Source: Utricularia gibba (taxonomy: Eukaryota; Plantae; Magnoliophyta). From it: a DNA stretch of 64,000 nt. Shown here piece by piece: positions 1 to 13,722 of the stretch (positions are counted from its first letter, which is position 1; each line of letters starts with the position of its first letter). The translations under genes were made by a program, and so were the position numbers. The notes beneath the pieces are model-generated. The model had not been told where the DNA came from and did no database searches. It saw only the letters and a list, made by a program, of their open reading frames with translations. The stretch spans positions 2,232,001-2,296,000 of the forward strand of contig NEEC01000014.1 of assembly GCA_002189035.1 (NCBI GenBank). Reading direction: 5' to 3'.

Positions 1-3000
1 GGCAGCTTGAACTCCCTGAGTGCACCAGGTTTTCTTATATTTTGGAATCCTATATATTAATCCATCAACATGCGTTACCATCGCCTGCAAATGGCACATG
101 TTAAGCAAGCAGTTAAGGACTTCAGAATGCTTCTGCACAGAAAAAGGTTCCATTTGCAGGGCCTGCTCACTTGAAGTCAAAACTTCAGCCCAATTTCCTG
201 CTTTCTTGCTAATCAGAAAATGATCTTGCAAACTTTTTGACTTTCGTAGTGAGGCCAATCCAGATAAGCCATCGGGTTCATCCAATCCACTGTACACTTC
301 CATTAAGAAAGATATATCATCATCCTCAAAAATCCCACTTTTCTCAGATGCAGGGTTAAAGGCTCCTGACTTGTCCCGCAAATATGACTCAAAGTATAGC
401 AAAGACCTTGCATAGGCCTGACATCTGAACGAGGCCTTTGAAAGGGTAATCTTAGGAATTGCACCCAGGAACTCTGAGACACGTTTGCATTGCAAAAGCA
501 CTTGGCTTGATTCCTTTGGAATACTAAGATTATGGTCCTTCGACTTAGTGGCTTGCTGCCTAGGAATGGAAGAACTAATAGGCTGGGAAAGTGAAAGTTC
601 TTGCTGTACATCATCGACCCACTGTCCCAAATTATCAAGAAGAGTAAATACAGCTTGAATGCAAACCTCATTTTGCCCATGATTATTTCCGAGGCCATCT
701 CTACCAATATTTTCCGAGGCTGCAACATCAAGAACTGATAGAACTTCATCTGCTATGCCACTGCGTGCTTCCTCTGAACCATCACAGACAGCATTCAAGA
801 CTAAGTATGGGAGAAGATACATAGCGATTTGCATATCATGGCGCACTATGCCTCGACATGCATTAAATATTTCACAGCGAGAACCAGAGGCATGTGCAGT
901 CAACTTTTTGATCCAAAAGTAGATCCATCTCCGGAATGACATTGAAGGACGATATATAGGACCAGAATCAGCTGCATCCGATACGTTTGGGAGCTGGAAT
1001 CTTGAGGTTAAGCAAGGGGCAATGATCTCTTTCACATAATTAGAAAATCTGTCCCATAGCGTCTTGCCCCTATCAAACAATTCACCGCAGTCATCAGCAC
1101 CTAAAGCAAGCTTTTTTCTCGTATTGGAATGTTGCTCACCCTCAACCTGTTCTAAAACATTAATGCCATTTGATGCCTCACAACCAGCAATTTTTAGCAG
1201 CTCTTGAATAGCTAAAGCTGCTGAATCTTGAACTATGGTATCAGGTGCTGCTCTAAAAGCCCTGGCAAGATGCTTATGGATAAGCTCAAAAATCAGGTCA
1301 TCATCAGAACAAGCTATTTTAAACCTCGTGCAAAAGGATCCCTTAATTTTGGCAGGATCAACAGCACCAAGAGCTCCTAGACATTCAGCACATGTCAACT
1401 TGAGACGCTGACCAACCGAAGTCCTTGACTCCTCAGCACAGCCTTTCAGAAGTGACATCATCAACGAGCTCATTACATCCATAAATGACTCTCCTTCTTT
1501 CGCTAGCATCTCCATGAACTCTTCCCTTTTCAACTTCAATAATTTGCTAAACTCAGATGCAACCATGTATCTAACATTCAAATTTTCATGATTTAACCCT
1601 TCCAAAACATCGTGAACTTGATCTTTGAGGTTCATGAATCCCCGTGCTTCTTCAATGGTCTTGTTTACTTCTACCAGGACAGGAACACTGGGAATCATGG
1701 GGAGATCACGGATATAATGCTTCAACGAAACCTTATTTTGAATCACAAGTTCCTCCAATATCTCCACGATTTTACCCACATGCGTGTAAGATAATCCTGT
1801 TTCTCTCTCCAAGAAAGGGACAAGTTCAGCAAAAACTTGACAAATCACATGTTTTGTGCTGCCAGGAGATATAAAGGCCAACTGCTTCAAGAAAAAATGT
1901 AAAACCGAAAGGCTCGCACTTCGAAGCCATTCCTTGTTGATTGCATGCATGAGAAGAACCATTATCTTTGGCACATAGGTACTAATGTAGGAGCCCATCA
2001 TGGTAATCAGGATCTCTATGCGCATTATGGCTTGCTTTTGTAATGACGTATCCTCAGCATGAAGCATTTTTCGGTCAATGCTATTCAACAAGCCAACAAA
2101 GTGATTTCTCAAAAATCCTGAAACGTCTTCATTGTCAGTCAGTATTTTTGCAACTTCCTTTACTATGCAAGGCACTGTAGCTAACCTGTTAGAAAATAAA
2201 AAAGATAAATCAATAAAAAGGTGGAAGTTAGAAGGCATAAGCTCAAAGAGATCGACTGCAACCTTTTATTGATTTCTCTTGAATCATCTATATTTGTAAA
2301 GCATACAAGTTCATCCAGAAGTGCAGGTAAAGCCGCTGCAAATATTTCTTGATTGTTAGATCCAGTATGCTCAAGATAGAACTGCAAGACAGACTTTAAC
2401 TCATCCCCATCAGCTTGATGAAGAGCAAAGGCTAGAACCTTCGGCAACCAATTAACAATTAGTTGAACCATGTCCATTTTCAACCACTTGGCCAAGTCAT
2501 ACAAAGTAGCCAGAGCTTGATCATTGTCATGGCAGACGACTACAAGCCTTGGAAGAACAATAGGAATCATCCTCGTAACAAGTTCTTCAGTTTCAATCCC
2601 AAGAACACCTGAAGAAAACTCTTCTACTATTTTTGGCTGTGCAGATAGATTTCTACACAGATAATCATACAACTCATTTTGAATATGAAGTTCTTTTGTA
2701 AGCAGCTTTTTAAGTCCACCTTTGCAAACCACGGAGCTAGATCTAGTTATCACTTTTGAAGCACTAAGTCTCACTGTAGAATATTGATTAGCAAGCTGAG
2801 CTGTCAGCAAAAGGAGAGACAGCAGAAACAGTTGGCTATGAATATCAACAGATTGCATGATTGTTGCCACAGTTTCGAGAATGGTTTCAAAAACGAGAGG
2901 ATCTACAGCACTATCTAAAGCATGTTTTACTTTGTCCATGAACCTTTGCTCTACAGATTGTTGAACAGCATCCCCACAGAAGAACAATTTTTCCAAAACA

Positions 3001-6000
3001 TCCTCTGTTACAAAGAAACTTATTTGTGAGGAAAATGCTAGCCTCACATTTCTGTTCCAGTGGAGGAGCAAAAAGTCAAAGCAATTCAACCATTGACTTC
3101 TAGTGTTGATTAAAATATCTTCAGTTTCATGCAAAAGGATCCGATGGATCACCTTCACACATTCAACTTGAACTTCTTCAGATGATCCATCATTTAGCAA
3201 CTCAAAAAAGAAGGAATGCAGATACATATAATCGCAACCAAGAAAGGCATCTGATCTTGGCGCTTTGGGAAAGGGGACTGCTGGATATGAGATGCATTTG
3301 ACTGCAGTACTGTTATCACACTTTGAACATTGAAATCCTTGGAGCAGATTATTTATAAATGAGCTGCCTTTTCCAACGCCCCCTCTCCAGGAGACATTGC
3401 ATTCGAATTCCCCATTGCACCCATATAAACATGCAAGATAGCCAAGGGCCAAAGGAATGATTTTCTTGGCTAGATCACTTTTCTCCTCCTTAAGTATCCT
3501 GTGGTAGTAGAAGCAAAGGAGCTCATACAAAAAACATTATGTTGTCCCCCAAGAGAAAGCTTACATTCTTAGATTCTAAAGAAGAGCAGTTCAAAGCATA
3601 TACTATTACACGAGAAGCATGAGCCGGAAATATGAAAACACCCAGAGGAAGTCAGTTTTTAAATATGATAATTTACAGGAAAGTGTAATGCATCCAGTAC
3701 AGTTCTTGCAGATTAGTTTTTCTTTTTTTTTTCTGGCATTCGTAAAGAGCAATACATGAATAGGTAAATTGATTTGAAATCATGGGAACAACATATTGTA
3801 ATATATGCTTTCACAAAAAAGTTAGAAAAGAAATTTCCACTCACCGCAGCCTCCTGAATATCTGGTGTAGAAGATCAGCGCCACATAGTAAGGAAATCAC
3901 TGGAATGCATATGATAGCTTCGATTCTGACTTCTTTTTCTTCATCACGAAGGCCCATGTCCAATATATCAAGACTGGTTTCATACATTGTTAGGCTACAA
4001 ATTCTACAGAGAATCCAAATTGAGAGACATTTAGCTCTCAATAGAGAATGAGATTCCACCACTGACGGAGGAGAGCTCCAAGGGAGCCTCAGTACTGTGT
4101 CCAAAATATCTCTAATAGTGTCTGTTTTTTCAAAAATCACATGTGTATCCTCCTCCGATAGTGAGCCTGAGATTATATCACCATGGTTACCAGTTAGAAA
4201 GTAAGGAGTGGCTCAAAAATCAGAAAAATGCATCCATGAGAGCAGCTTGAAAGTAACCTTATCGAAGCATCTCCCAAACAACAGTTTAAAAATATGTAAG
4301 AGAATGCATCCCAAATGAGAATTTCTTGTCACCTTTCAGAATGAGTAGGCTGTCAAGTGCTTCTAGGAAAATGCATAGATCAACTGGAAGCGGAAGCTTC
4401 TGCTTCACCTGATGGAAATCGGGAAAATTATCCCACGAGCAAGTATGATCAGAAAGAAATTAATACAGACAAAACGCAACCTGCTCAAGCATCCAATTAA
4501 TCCAATCACTCATTTGATGAAATATGGCAAGGGAAAGGCCATCATGGGGTAGTTCTGAAAATACAATAGTCAGTGCAGTTATAGCTGGAAGGACAGTTTC
4601 TGCACTTAATGTGCTAGAGGTTTCCCCAGGGGGCCTTAGAGATTCAATATATTGATAATATGAATTTCCTACAACATTGACATAATCTTCTTGATGAAGG
4701 GCGGAAACACATGAAATAAAGGTTGCCATATTCTGGCACATAGTTCCAGCATAAGCATCCCTCTTTTGACGCTTGGCTTTCAATGTTTCTGTATCAGAGG
4801 AGCTCCTTTTACATCCAACTTTCAATTGTACAGCTTCATTTTCACTCTCCGAGAGACCAAAGTGACTGTTTTCAACTGTGTATTTTTTTCTGAGAATAGG
4901 AAGAAGTCCAGAAACAACAGATCTGAAGCAATCTAACAAATGGCAAGCAGGCATGCTTGAGCAAAGCACGAAAATAAGACACTCTGGCTTCCAAATGTAA
5001 GAAGGGCATATGCTTGCGATTCGAACATAGCAAGAGCACAATGCAGCCTGAGTAAACACCAGGAGGATGAGTTAATTATAAAAACAGGCTTAACAGTAGC
5101 ATAAGGCTCCTGCAATTCCACATTTCACGCTAACATAAAATAAGCTACCAAGATGGCCTCACCTTGAGATCCAAGCTGTCTGTCTTCATCAGACTCTTGG
5201 GAAAGATGTGCATTATGTCAGCTGCGGTGGATTTGACAACATCAGCCGGACAACAAGAATGCAATGATTGAAGGCACAGCCCCAAAGAGGAATCATAAAA
5301 TGTACTGCAATAAAACCCTTTCTGCATGTAAGAAAATGGGAAGCATCACACGGCATCAAACACCAAACATGAAAGTACCGATAGAATAAAACACCATTAA
5401 TTACAGTGCATGAGTTTAGAGTGTGTACAAATAAAAAAGAACTGAACTTCATGCAAATAACATGTCATACCTAAACACTGACACTTTAACATCCCCATTG
5501 AGTATCATAGTCATCGATTGCACTAGTTTCTCCATCGGGACAACTTGGTAAATCTTCCCCATTCCAACAAGGCGCAGAAAGTCAAAACAAGCCTTTATAA
5601 AACATGCGGCTGGATTTAGCATTCAATATATAGGTGGCCAAAACACTGAAGCAAAAAAACTCAATAATAAAACTACCCTACCGTGTGTAGATCATCATTG
5701 GCGTAACACAAGAAATTGCAGACATTTACTACACAAACCGCATCCAAAAGGCCTTCAATATACACTGTTCCTGCTGTTAAAAATTTGCACATAAGCCTGA
5801 TCATTGATGTGGCGAAGATCAGTAACCTTTCTTCTCCAGTAAGATTAACAAGTATTCCATCTCCAGATGACGGCTTAATATTAACTGGAACATCACCAAG
5901 AAGGGCTGGCTCACTGTGTATTCTTGCAAAAGACCCGCTGAAACACTTCAAAAGAAACATTTTCCGTTCTATTGACCCTTGATCATCAGACACTGAGCCA

Positions 6001-6757
6001 GCATATAGAATATCTGGGGAGAGGGTTCAGAACAAAAGATATTACAGATATCACAGTCGTAACAAGAACAATATTCTACAATGCATGTAGGGAAGGATGA
6101 AACCATGGCGAAGCAAAACGGGCAATAATTTGTCTACGCAGTTTCACATTTCTAGTTTCATACCTTCGACTAGTAACATAGTATCCACAAAGAACTGACG
6201 GTAAGCAGCTCTATCACCTGTGCGGAGTACAGACAGTAGCGACCCAACAGTCTCCAAAATAACAGCATGCCGATGCCTGAAGAGAAATTACGATCTCTTT
6301 TATTTGTTCCTTCCCATATTGTAGAACGCTAACAATCCCGTATAAGAATGATCAGCCATTTGTGAAGTAAACTAACCGAAAAGCAGGTTCAGCAAAAAAA
6401 GGCAAGATGCGACCGACAACAGGAAGTACAGCATTCGCCTTTCCATGATACAGAACTCCAGGAAAACTCTTGGCTATAACAGACAACAGCCTGAGTATAG
6501 CAACCACCTCGCGTTCATTGTCTACCAAAAACCCCAACAAAACTGTGAAAGTTTAAAAGAGAAATCAAAAAGCTCAAGGAAAAACAGAAATCCCACGTAC
6601 CCGAGGAAGATGGAACATCGTATGCGCGGAGCAATCTTGGTAGAACTGCACGGAATCGAGCCTCCAAAACGTCATCGTTTTGACGATTGGGAGGAGTTGA
6701 GGAAGACGCCGCTATACGCTCTCGAAGCTCGTGCACGAGGCTCGTCAAGTTCGCCAT
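1..6757 (-). CDS. ATR: Serine/threonine kinase ATR (PIKK family), 5' part; multi-exon, continues beyond the left edge
   Basis: N-terminus MANLTSLVHELRERIAASSSTPP...RFRAVLP spliced to DNEREVVAILRLLS matches plant ATR. I translated the minus strand from ~2175 to base 1 as one open frame with ATR-typical segments (LRNHFVGLLNSIDRKML, FRCQAYARSLLYFES, YSGLDEPDGLSG). The kinase domain lies outside the window. Confidence 0.96.
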
Positions 6758-7158
6758 GTCACCTCTCCACCATTCCCGCTCTAAGGTGTGTGTCAGTGCT
6801 TTGGGTCTGCAACGGTACTTTTTGTGGAGGGAGATGGGGAGTTTCGGTCGATAAACGACGCCGTGTTGATCAACACCCGTAGAAACAACGGAATTGTTTT
6901 TCTATTGATTTTATTATAAATATTTTCTTTATGAAGTGACTATAAATACTGCAGAGGAGAAAATTGATTTTCTTTCAAAGCGCTGTTTCTCTCCTCGTCG
7001 CCGCTTCGGATTAACGACGGCACGGCGTCGCTTGTTTTCTCAGCAGCCTCAACGAACTTTGTTCATCTCTCGGACGGTCATGAACTTCATCTAGATAGAG
7101 CTGAGAACACTAGGGCGAAAACTGAGGAGCTACTTTCGTCTGGTTCATAGAAAAGGCG
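6758..7158. promoter_or_regulatory. Short bidirectional promoter between ATR and IYO
   Basis: 401 bp between divergent ATGs (6757 minus, 7159 plus); AT-rich core flanked by CpG-rich segments. Confidence 0.75.
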
Positions 7159-10100
7159 ATGAAGAAGAAAAGTGAAGCAAACGAAAGTCGAGCATCCGGA
7201 GTTTTTGGTGGGATTCCTATGCAAATCAATGTCGACGATGCCTCACAGTTGGTCGGCGGCATAGTAGAGAAGGGCTTCACGGATGGTCCTCAGAGTAGGC
7301 CTTTGGTTCCCCCAGTTGCCCCTCGGCCCAATGCTTTGCCTTTTCCTGTTGCCCGCCATCGCTCATCCGGCCCTGTTTGTATCTAATAACTCTATTTTTA
7401 TCTTCTTTTTAGGCGATGCCATATGTTGATATCTCTGATTTCGTTTGAAGTTTTTTCATTTTGTGAACTTCTCAAGTAAGCTAAGACATTCCATTAATGA
7501 ATGTTGCATTTTTATTGGTAGCATTATTGGCCTCCTGGTGCTACTGATGATAATGAATACTTGGATTGGGATGCCGATGAAGAGGAGGATTCTAAAGAGA
7601 TGGAACGTTTTGCCCGTACTGCATACGCAGTGCAAAGAAAAGAAAGGAAAGGTTTAGATTTTAACAGTTGGAAGAAAATAGCAAAAGACCATCGTAACTC
7701 TATCCATCAGTTGGATGATGGGAGGCATTGGAGTAGGCCAGCAGCTAGCCACAGAGATGCAGAAGTGGATTTTGATCATTCAAGCATGTTTGAGGCTGAG
7801 TTAGGTGATTCCAAGTTGAGTAGGCAGCGGAATGATTTATCTAAATTTACTGGTGTCCTAGAGACGACAGTTGAAAACCGCACGTCAGTGTTGCATGAGC
7901 TCGATGACTCCAGACATACAAAAAATGTAAATAATGTCATATTCCCAAGGCCTTACAATAACTTATCTGAATCAGGGGAACATGGTACGATGATGAGCCT
8001 TTTCTACCTAAACTTGTATTAAGGAAATGCAAAAATCTAATGATACTTTGTGCCTTGCTTTTGCAATTTGGTAGGTGGAGACGGTGCTGGTCTTGCAAGT
8101 GAGATTGATGGTGAAAATCGTGCCCGCTTGGCAAAAATGTCATCCACAGAGATAGCTGCAGCTCAAGCTGAACTAATGTCAAAGCTGAACCCTGAATTGA
8201 TAAATGCTCTTAGAAAAAGAGGGCATGCTAAAACAAAGAAACAGAAATCTGCTTTATCAGATTCGTCTTGTAGTCAAGCAGATGAGACCCGGCATGAGAA
8301 AAAAGCCACTAGTGATCACGCAGGTAAGAGATTGCAGGGGCGGGGGGGGGGGGGGGGTGCTTTCAATATGAAGCATTGTATCTATTGAGACCGTGTTGAT
8401 GAGCCTGGATAACGAACTGCAGATGAAAAAATGAAGGATGCAACCAGCAGCATTTCTCCTGGTGCAAGTCCTAAAATTCAGAGCATGTGGGATACTTGGA
8501 GTAAAAGAGTTGAGGATGTTAGACATTTGCGGTTCTCTTTGGATGGAAATATAGTTTCTGGATCTAAGCAAGGATCTGTTTTTGGTGAGATGTCAAAATT
8601 GATTCACAGTGATGATGTGCCTTTTGTTTCCGAAGCTTTTGTGTGTATGACTGTGATGGATGGTGTGTTTTGCAGAAAATGTCACTGAGCGTGATTTCAT
8701 CCGGACAGAAGGTGACCCTGGAGCTGCTGGTTATACGATTAAGGAAACCTTAGACCTAACTAGAAGTGTGGTTGGTGATTTTTTTAATCATAATGAGCAT
8801 ACCTGTCAGCCATATTAGCAGTGTCCATCTTTGTAATTTTTCAGGTTCCTGGGCAACGTGCTCTTGCTTTGCATTTGACTGCATCTATCCTTGACCAAGC
8901 AATTCATTCCATTTGCCGGAATCGCTTGACTTCATGTTCTGATGTCACTGATCTTGATGATTCTGTTGATGGGGAGGCTGTGTGGGCTTATTGTCTTGGC
9001 CCTGAGCCTGAGCTTGCTCTTTCACTTCGGTAAATGGAGAATACAGCTGTTTTTTCTGTGATTAGAACATGCAGCATGAGTGCTACTGTCTTTGAATTTC
9101 CTTCCTGAAATTCATTTTATATTTAACCTCTTGTATATCTGATCTTCAGCTTATGTCTTGATGATAACCATTACTCGGTGGTCCTTGCATGTGCCAAAGC
9201 AATTCAACATGCTCTAAGCGCTGATACTAATGATACCATATTTGACATTTTGGACGTGAGTTTGTTTTTCCAAATGCACTTTCATTTTGTTTCTTGATTT
9301 TGAACTCAATGTTATGGTATTTGTTTTTCTCTCCCTTCTTCAGAGGTTGCAACCTGTTGGGAGCAATACTTGTACAGCTCCTGTCTTTAGAAGTAAACCT
9401 GACCCCGATCTTGGTTTTCTACGTGGTGGATTTTGGAAGTATAACACGAAGCCTGCAAATATCCTTCCTCTTGAAGTATGGTCTGTGGGTACTGAAAGCG
9501 AGCATACCATTCAAGATGATATATTTGTCGCATTACAGGACTTTGCTGCTGGTCTTGTTAGGATGGGAATACTTCACAGAATTAACTTTCTGTTAGAGGT
9601 ACACCAAATTTCTTTACACCAAGTAAAAGTTAACCTTGCATAGTGGCCGATAATTGTAGGGTTTTCAATGGTATAATATTTCTGACTTGTGTTGTACCAG
9701 ACAGATCCTGCTGCCCCATTGGAAGAATGCTTATACTCCATATTGATATCCATTGCACGCCATTCTCCTAATTGTGCTTCTGCAATTATGGAATCTGGGC
9801 ACCTTGTTCAGACTGTTGCGAGACGATTTGCGACCACAGAACAACTTGAAATCAATGCTTGCAAGATCAAATCTGTTGTGCTCATTAAAGTTAGCATGCT
9901 TTTCTGGTTCATTTGGTACAAGTGTGGGTTCTCCTAAGTATCTTCATGTCATTCTTTTTTTTTTCTTTCTTATGAAGGTACTTGCCCAGGTTGAGAAGAA
10001 GAATTGCTTGATATTTATGAACAATGGAATCTTTCACCAGGTGACTTGGCAATTGTACAGACATCCACTCTCTCTTGACCAGTGGATGAAATCGCCAGCT

Positions 10101-12780
10101 AAGGCCCGCAAGCTTTTTTCAGACTTGATGGTTGAACAATTGCGTCTATGGAAGGTTTTTATTCACTATGGATTTTGCATCTCGGATTTTCCTATTCTAT
10201 TTCCTTCACTATGCACATGGTTGGCTGTGCCAACTGTTGAGAAGCTGCTGGATACTGATATGAATGCATATTATGCTATAACATGCGAAGCATACCATCT
10301 TCTGGATGTTTTAGCTCGTAAGCTTCCTTCCTTCTACTCTCACGGACATGAGCTAAGTCAGCATGACAACAAAGATAACAGTGCTTGGTCTTGGGGTCAT
10401 GTTGGACCAATTATAGATCTAGCTCTGGAGTGGATTAATGTGAAAAGCATATCGGACCTTCTAAGACCACGAAACTTTCAAAATTCTGGTGGTCAGCTTG
10501 TTGATTTGTCTGATTCATCTATGAATTCTATGATGTGGGTCATTTCTTCGGTCCTCTGTATGCTATTTAGTGTCCTTAAAGCACTGATTAGAGATGGTGC
10601 TGCAAATTTCCCAAATGGTAGGCTGCCTTGGCTGCCAGAATTTGCCCCCAAGATTGGACTTGCCATTGCCAGTCATGGAATGATGAGCTTTTTAGGTGGA
10701 AGTGATGCAATTCTAAGTGAGGGGCCTTCTTGCACTGGTACCATTCTCCAATACTTTTACCAATCAAGGTTTGGAAGAAGAGTGGGTCTGGCATTGTCTT
10801 CTACATGTTGCCTTCAAGGATTAGTCCAAGTAGCTGCATCCATCGATAAGGTTGTACAGAATGCGAATCTCATGATTCATTGCGAACCACCTACAAATAT
10901 CAAGCCATGTAGGGAAGATAAAATTGTTTCCAGTGGAATACTAAAGTCCTTTTCCGGCGAAATAAGATATTTGTTGACAAGGTTAACGAAATTAGTTGAC
11001 ACTGATTTGCAGTTAATGCAAAATGTTGAGGACTTCGGAAGAGGTGGCCCATCTCCAGGAGTTGGCATGGGTTGGGGTGCTTCAGGTGGAGGATATTGGT
11101 CAGTAGACAACCTCTTGGCTCAGCAAGATGTTCGGTTACTATCCTACTTGGTCGAAGTTTGTGAAATTGAGGATGTAGAAGATCGATTAGGATATGCAGA
11201 GACAGATCCCACGCTGCAACTGTTATCTGGGGCCCTGAAATCTGTTTTAATTGTGAGTCCTGGAAACAGTTCTGTTGCTGATACACTACTTAAGTTTATA
11301 TGCCAAGCTCCTATCCTGAAGTATCTTGATTTTGGTATTCGCCGGTTTCTTAGCAACAAAATGCATGATCAGTTTCAGTGGAATTATGAAGATGGCGAAT
11401 TCGAAAAGATGGCTAATGTCTTGACTTCTCACTTCTCTCAGAGGTGGCTTGGTGTGAAGAACAAAAGAAAAGCTGCAGTTGGTGTGAGTAAAAAATCAAT
11501 CAAGAAAACCAACTTTTCTTTACAAACAATTTATGAGAATACGGATTTGCCAGAAATGTCTGATTGCATGACATCCTCATTAACAGTGGAGTGGGCTTCT
11601 CATAGGTTGCCTGTTCCTGCTCATTGGTTTCTAAGTGCAATCACCTCCATGTGTTCTCAGAGTAACGCTTTTGGCTGTACCAACCGAAATGAGACATATC
11701 CACCTTCTGGTTTTCAAGAAGTTGCCACGAGTGGACTTTTTTTCCTTCTCGGACTGGAAGCAGTTCATTCTTTCAATATCTCTGAGCTCAGTTCACCTAT
11801 AAAATCTGTTCCAGTTGTTTGGAAACTCCATGCTCTATCTGTCGCATTACTTCCTGGAATGGGTATTCTTGCAGATGAGAAGAGCAGAGACCTATATGTA
11901 ACGTTGCAGGATCTTTATGGAGAATATATTGATGAACTACGTTTTCAGAGTTTTCAACATGGAACAACTCTACTGCCATTCAAATCAGAAATTCACGAAA
12001 ATTACTCAACTTTCATTGAAAGAATCGTGGAACAATTTGCTGCAGAATCTTATGGTGACATCTTATTTGGGAGGCAGGTTGCAATCTATTTGCATGGTTC
12101 TGTCGAAGCTTGTGTGAGGCTTGCAACATGGAATGCCTTGTCTGATAGTCGTATTCTTGAACTTCTGCCACCTCTGGAAAAGTGCCTTGCAAACGGTGAA
12201 GGCTACCTTGAACCTGTTGAGGTACTTGTGTTACAACCAGCATCCGGAGTTGCACATGAATTGCAAAAAACAAAACAATATGCTTTCTTTTTGCAGGATA
12301 ACGAGAGCATCTTAGAGGCTTATGCGAAATCATGGGTTTCTGGCGCTCTTGACAAAGCGATGAGCCGGTGTTCGTTGGGGTTCTTGCTGCCATTGCACCA
12401 TCTTTCGTCCTTCGTTTTTGGAGATGCTTCTGGTAGCATGCTGTCACTGCGAACCAAGCTCACAAAATCTTTGCTGAGGGACTATTCGCAGAAGCAACAG
12501 CATGAGGTATGATGCTGTTTTCCCGCTACTGATAGAGAACAACAGGGAGAAGCAAAAATGCTGACAGTATGTTTATATTTTGCATTTCCAGGGCATGCTG
12601 GTGAAATTGGTATGCTACAGAAAATCGTCTTCCCCGGCCTTGTCAATGAACGAGGCGGAGATGAGGCTCCGGCGGCTGAAAGAGTGCTGGCAAGGAAATG
12701 TGGATGTCATAGAAAAGCTCCATGCACGTGTACGAAGAGAAGTGCAGCTCTCCCCAGGTTTCTCCGGCGATGAGTTATAG
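7159..12780 (+). CDS. IYO: Transcription elongation regulator MINIYO (RPAP1 homolog), multi-exon
   Basis: N-terminal LVGGIVEKGF...FPVARHRSSGP; RPAP1 motifs SEIDGENRARLAKMS and EGDPGAAGYTIKE...LTRS; large exon with GRGGPSPGVGMGWGASGGGYWS and RLPVPAHWFLS; GT-AG boundaries in phase where checked. Confidence 0.93.
8337..8357 (+). repeat. Poly-G tract (G4-C-G16) inside an IYO intron
   Basis: GGGG C followed by 16 G, read directly. Confidence 0.95.
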
Positions 12781-12899
12781 GAAGGATCGAACATTTCATC
12801 CCATTTGAACAGCCACTGTTAGTGGGGGAAACGATCTCACCAACCATAAAATCTGAAAAGTTTAATCTAACAAACAGCAATCAATTCATTGCGTAACAC

Positions 12900-13450
12900 T
12901 CTGCCATGCCGGATTCGCCATCATGGCGTGCTTCCTGTGCCCGCTTTCCGGTCGTCCCCCTTTGCAGCATCTTCGTCACCACTTGGGACTTTCGTATCTC
13001 AGAAAGAACGATGTGCACTCCCTCCAACCGCCCTTTCCATTTTCGTCACCACTTGGGATATGAAGCAAGGGAAGTTGTATGCTGTTGATCACACCGGCAA
13101 AAAGGTGGTAATGGGTAGTGACGGTTTCCATGATACCCTTGCCGTCGTTCAATTTAGGGCGGGAGAGGAAGTACCTGGCGGATTGCGATGCAGAGCTGCT
13201 GGCGGTAGACAAGTATTTGACTGGAGGAACGTGGGGATGAATCTCACCCTGACTGCGAATTGGGAGACGTGGAAGTTGAATGAGAATCACAGGAGTCGGA
13301 GGAGATCGCAAGTCGTGTTCTGGGATTTGCTGCGAAATGGGAGACGTCAGGTATGCACTTCTTTTTGACAGTTTGGTGCCATTGAGAATCATCGAGCTAC
13401 CCGATTGGGGTGGACAGAGATCATGGAAAGTGGGTGCACCTCAGGGTAAA
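12900..13450 (+). pseudogene. Decayed, 5'-truncated F-box/DUF295 (SKIP23-like) gene fragment
   Basis: Frame 1 GKLYAVDHTGKKVVMGSD shifts at ~13153-13157 to GRERKYLADCDAELLAVDKYL. This resembles my recollection of DUF295 F-box segments (G..YAVD.TG..V..G.D and GGDKKFLVESDGELLLVDKYL). Several frameshifts and stops; no F-box or clear start. Confidence 0.6.
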
Positions 13451-13722
13451 GTCGTTGCTTTGATTCTGCTGAGGATCCGCAGCGTAAATAAGACTGTAAT
13501 CCTGACACTTCTTTTAGAAGAATATGACACTTTATGCTGCCGGATGGAGCAACAAATGGCTACATATGATCCCATCATTCTGTAGAGCTACAGCAGGACT
13601 AAGCAGCAGAAGTAAAATAAGAGCAGCAGGAGGTAGTTCCAACTTCGGAACTTGAGCTAGAATCTATGAGCTGAAGCAAATGTACAGAACATATCCTTGG
13701 AGTCTTACTTGCCGCTCCGCTT

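Noticed and set aside
12750-12780. IYO C-terminus ending GDEL, resembling an ER-retention signal
   Set aside because: Not canonical HDEL/KDEL, no signal peptide, and a CTCCCCA run just upstream makes the terminal frame uncertain.
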